This document shows positions 61,170-64,000 of a stretch of 64,000 nt of DNA, piece by piece (the first letter of the stretch is position 1; each line of letters opens with the position of its first letter). Made by a program: the position numbers and the translations under genes. Under the pieces are notes generated by a model. It worked only from the letters and a program-made list of their open reading frames with translations. It searched no databases and was not told the origin of the DNA. Origin of the DNA: Candidatus Woesearchaeota archaeon. Its GTDB lineage: Archaea; Nanobdellota; Nanobdellia; Woesearchaeales; JABGUJ01. The stretch covers positions 73,380-137,379 of the forward strand of contig JABGUJ010000003.1 of assembly GCA_018646625.1 (NCBI GenBank), read 5' to 3'.

Positions 61170-63146
61170 CTAATACCTCTTGAATACTACGTAAACTCTC
61201 ATCAGTATACCTACCAAGAAACTTACAATAGCTACAACTGCCAGAATATTCATAACAGGATAGTTTCCATAAACAAACGAAACTATGCTTGCCACTAAAA
61301 GCACAAAAGCTCCAACTATCAAGAAGTTACCAACACTATAAGCTCTGGAACCGTTCTTTTTTGTTGTTCGAGTCATTTGACTTTTCTTAGAAACGCTAGC
61401 TAAGATCTCATCAGCAGTTTGAGGTCGTTTTTTAGGCGCCTTTTTTAGGTTAGTTGAGATCTTAGAAGACATTTCATCAAGATAATCTTCAACTTCTCCT
61501 TCAGTCACAAAGTTAGCCTTCATTCTAGACAATTCTTTGTTAACCATTTTGAACTTTTTATCAACACCATCAAGCTGTGCATCAAAAATCTTCGAGTTAA
61601 CTTTGCCCTTCTTGAGACCCTCAAAATCTTTCTTCAACCTCTTCAAGTCATCAACAGCACCATGTACTTTGACAAACTCACTGTTAATATCTCTTAGAAG
61701 ATCTTCAACTTTACTTCTAGAAACTTTATCCTTAAGAGATTTATCCATCTTCTTAAGCTCTTTTCTAACAACATCAAACTCGTTGTTAACATCTTCCACC
61801 AGCTTTTCTGCTTGGTTTCTGGTAACTGCAGCATCAATTTGAGTAAATGCTTTCTTCAAAGACTTGTTAATATCTTCAATCTTAGCAGTTATTGATGCAG
61901 CATTAGCTTTAGAATCAATCTTCCTCTTATATTTCCCAATATCTGCTTTCATACCTTCTCTTGCTCTGAAGATATCCTTTCTATAATCGTCAATTTGCTT
62001 TTTCAGAGTATCGAACTCCTTATTCAGATCACCAACAAAGTTCTTAATCTGATTTTCATTCACTCTAAAATCAAGCTCGCCATGAATTCGTCCAACTTCC
62101 TTATTTAAACGATTAAACTCGCCGTTGATTTCTTTAAGCAAGCCACTCATTTGCTTATCGCTCACTCTTTCTGCAACTTCTTTCCTAGTCAAAGCATAAA
62201 AGTTTCGAGCTTCAGCAGCTTCTTTCTCAATCTTCCGTCCTAAAGATTTAATATGCGAATCTTTAACCTTGGTAGAAGAAATAAAACGATCAATATTTGC
62301 TATATACTTCTTAAGTTGTTCAAGCTCTAGATTAGTATCAGCAACCATCTTAGAAACTTGCTTAGAAGTTACTCTTCCAGATAATGAACCAGTAATTACT
62401 TTTAGATTATCTTTAAGCTCATTAAACTCTTTGTTAACATCTTTAACCAAAGTGTCAATTTGAGACTGAGATATATTTTCTTCAGCTCTAATAGAAACTT
62501 TACCGATCTCATCCCGCAAGGATAACATCTTGTTATCAAGATCAGAAATACTTTTGTTAATCTGTTTAGCATCAACACTCCTAGACATATCCCTTTGAAG
62601 TTGCTTAAGTTGTTTAGTAACACCTAAACCATCTTTTCTTCTTCTTTCTTCAACGTCTTTCATGTCTTTATCGAAGCCATCTCTGACTTTCTCAACATTA
62701 ACGAATAAATTATCATACCGTTTAGTTAATTCATCATGCATCTCATCAATCTCTGGACGCATAACTTTATCCTTCTTGAACAATTCAAGATTTTGCCTCA
62801 TATCGTTCAAACCAGAATGAATTTTATTGATTTCTTTATCAAAATCAGAATAATTAAGAGAATCTTGACTAAGTTTAGTTACATTTTTCTCTAGCTGCCA
62901 TACTCTTTTGAAATTATCGTTCAATTCACCAAGTCGTATCTTGACAAGGTTCATTTTATCAGCTGAAACATACCTCTTATCAAAACCATCCCTCATCTTG
63001 GCAAGTTCAGTTTTTAATTCAGAATGTGAAACTCTCTGATACCCTTGAACTCTCTTCAGCTCAGTCATATCTTTCCTAATGGCGGAAAAAGAATTCCTCA
63101 GAGCCTCATTGATATCTTTAACAGAAACGTTATTAGCTTTCATCAT
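61170..63146 (-). CDS. tail-anchored repeat/coiled-coil protein (658 aa)
   Basis: About 12-14 copies of a 33-35-aa unit (..Q[IV]..L[VL].D[VI]N.EF..LK..L..). Two C-terminal TM helices. GGGGGA SD upstream. Confidence 0.6.
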   Translation of the reverse strand: MMKANNVSVKDINEALRNSFSAIRKDMTELKRVQGYQRVSHSELKTELAKMRDGFDKRYVSADKMNLVKIRLGELNDNFKRVWQLEKNVTKLSQDSLNYSDFDKEINKIHSGLNDMRQNLELFKKDKVMRPEIDEMHDELTKRYDNLFVNVEKVRDGFDKDMKDVEERRRKDGLGVTKQLKQLQRDMSRSVDAKQINKSISDLDNKMLSLRDEIGKVSIRAEENISQSQIDTLVKDVNKEFNELKDNLKVITGSLSGRVTSKQVSKMVADTNLELEQLKKYIANIDRFISSTKVKDSHIKSLGRKIEKEAAEARNFYALTRKEVAERVSDKQMSGLLKEINGEFNRLNKEVGRIHGELDFRVNENQIKNFVGDLNKEFDTLKKQIDDYRKDIFRAREGMKADIGKYKRKIDSKANAASITAKIEDINKSLKKAFTQIDAAVTRNQAEKLVEDVNNEFDVVRKELKKMDKSLKDKVSRSKVEDLLRDINSEFVKVHGAVDDLKRLKKDFEGLKKGKVNSKIFDAQLDGVDKKFKMVNKELSRMKANFVTEGEVEDYLDEMSSKISTNLKKAPKKRPQTADEILASVSKKSQMTRTTKKNGSRAYSVGNFLIVGAFVLLVASIVSFVYGNYPVMNILAVVAIVSFLVGILMRVYVVFKRY

Positions 63147-63271
63147 CACCCAATCCCCCTAATGCAGTTAATAGTCAATCAGAACCCAAGAATGTATTTA
63201 AAGGTTTCGAAATTCACTATCAAAGAATAGCAAACAGAACAACAGATGTCGTCACAAGAATGGGACAATTT

Positions 63272-63583
63272 CTACCTGTATCTCATTCTAGTAAAATGTT
63301 TACAGTTAAGACAAAGATAAACTACTTTCCCTTTATTAAGACGAATTCTACAATTATCGCCAACACGCAAATAACACTTACAGTGCTTACAGTATCTTCT
63401 CTTGAGGACAGAAGGCATTTTCGCCTTGTACTTCATACAAAGTTTTCTAGCTATTCCAACATATTCATTAGCCAATTCTCGATTTTCAGAATAAACGTTT
63501 TCAGCTTTCTCAAACAACTGACTAGCTTGTTCTACTGCAAACTCCTTTAGCTGCCTTGGTTTTCTAGAATAGCGTTTCTTCAT
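63272..63583 (-). CDS. rnp4: RNase P protein component 4 (Rpp21/Rpr2 family)
   Basis: Basic N-terminus and Zn ribbon CKHCKCYL...CLNCKH. 103 aa. Confidence 0.8.
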   Translation of the reverse strand: MKKRYSRKPRQLKEFAVEQASQLFEKAENVYSENRELANEYVGIARKLCMKYKAKMPSVLKRRYCKHCKCYLRVGDNCRIRLNKGKVVYLCLNCKHFTRMRYR

Positions 63584-63645
63584 ATAAACAAAATAACCTA
63601 CTCAATATTTAAAACATTCTCCCCTAAAAGGCTGAAAAGGTTAAA

Positions 63646-63656
63646 TTTATATAAAA
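63646..63656 (+). promoter_or_regulatory. TATA box (TTTATATAAAA) 30 nt upstream of the ATG at 63676
   Basis: Canonical spacing with no SD. Confidence 0.5.
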
Positions 63657-63675
63657 ATTCAGAAGAGAAATTATC

Positions 63676-64000
63676 ATGAGTTGGCTTGGCAGTTTATTCA
63701 AGAAAAAAGAAAAAGTTGAGATTAAAACCATTGATCTAGACATATCTGAGCTCGCTGAATGGTACAAAACTGTTTCTAAAAATGAGATAACAACAATTAA
63801 ACAGAAAATCAAGAGCCATCTTGAGGAAATTGAAGTCAAGAAGAAGAATACTAAAGAAAAACTTGACAACTTAGAAAAAGAAGAACTCAAAAACAAAAAC
63901 ATCCCAGTAAGAGAAATTCAAATTATGCAAGGAAACAAAGACGCATATATCAAGATAACAAATCAATTCATAGAATCATTAAACACAAACATAGAATTAT
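63676..64000 (+). CDS. hypothetical protein, 5' part only (runs off the window)
   Basis: Hand translation gives MSWLGSLFKKKEKVEIKTIDLDISELAEWYK... with no stop up to nt 64000. Confidence 0.4.
   Translation, partial: MSWLGSLFKKKEKVEIKTIDLDISELAEWYKTVSKNEITTIKQKIKSHLEEIEVKKKNTKEKLDNLEKEELKNKNIPVREIQIMQGNKDAYIKITNQFIESLNTNIEL

Noticed and set aside
1-64000. CRISPR arrays, IS elements, integrases, prophage or known defence-system genes
   Set aside because: No spaced direct repeats exist outside coding repeats. No transposase, integrase, Cas, restriction-modification or toxin-antitoxin signatures were recognised by eye. tRNA-flanking direct repeats were not seen.

Overview
AT-rich (roughly one-third G+C by eye), very gene-dense fragment (about 90% coding, many 4-nt overlaps) from an archaeon, most likely a small-genome DPANN-type lineage; the exact phylum cannot be decided from this window. 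The archaeal assignment rests on ribosomal proteins S19e, L39e, L31e, S3Ae and uS15, plus Cbf5, RNase P Rpp21, Bud32, Dph5, Trm1, Taw1, an ATP-dependent DNA ligase, FtsZ and a type-2 MetAP. There are three tRNAs (Ser-CGA, Gln-UUG, Pro-GGG). I saw no rRNA, CRISPR array, transposase or integrase. Several bacterial-looking genes are mixed in: MutS/MutL, RlmN-like, SelU, and an OmpA-like/vWA lipoprotein. First genes of transcription units usually have a TTTATATA-type box exactly about 30 nt before the ATG, which suggests leaderless mRNAs. Operon-internal genes instead carry GGAGG/GGGGG Shine-Dalgarno-like sites. The candidates most worth follow-up are listed here. (1) A 15.5-kb co-directional minus-strand block (6662-22164) begins with a Bat-like MoxR/DUF58/BatA/vWA module, a second AAA+/vWA pair and a complete ROS-detoxification operon. 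(2) A MinD-like ATPase sits next to a 658-aa tail-anchored protein built from about a dozen 33-35-aa repeats. (3) Three paralogous Cys-rich secreted proteins lie near a wider surface island (34.6-41.3 kb) that includes an OmpA-vWA lipoprotein, a 720-aa unknown and a GY-repeat protein. (4) Lineage-specific embellishments of housekeeping proteins include a Zn-ribbon insertion in DNA ligase, an RG/S repeat tail on a DEAD-box helicase, and charged tails on S3Ae and L31e. (5) Two possible small structured RNAs and a dense operator array in the hxlR promoter were also found. All functional calls come from motif recognition by eye; no database search was run.
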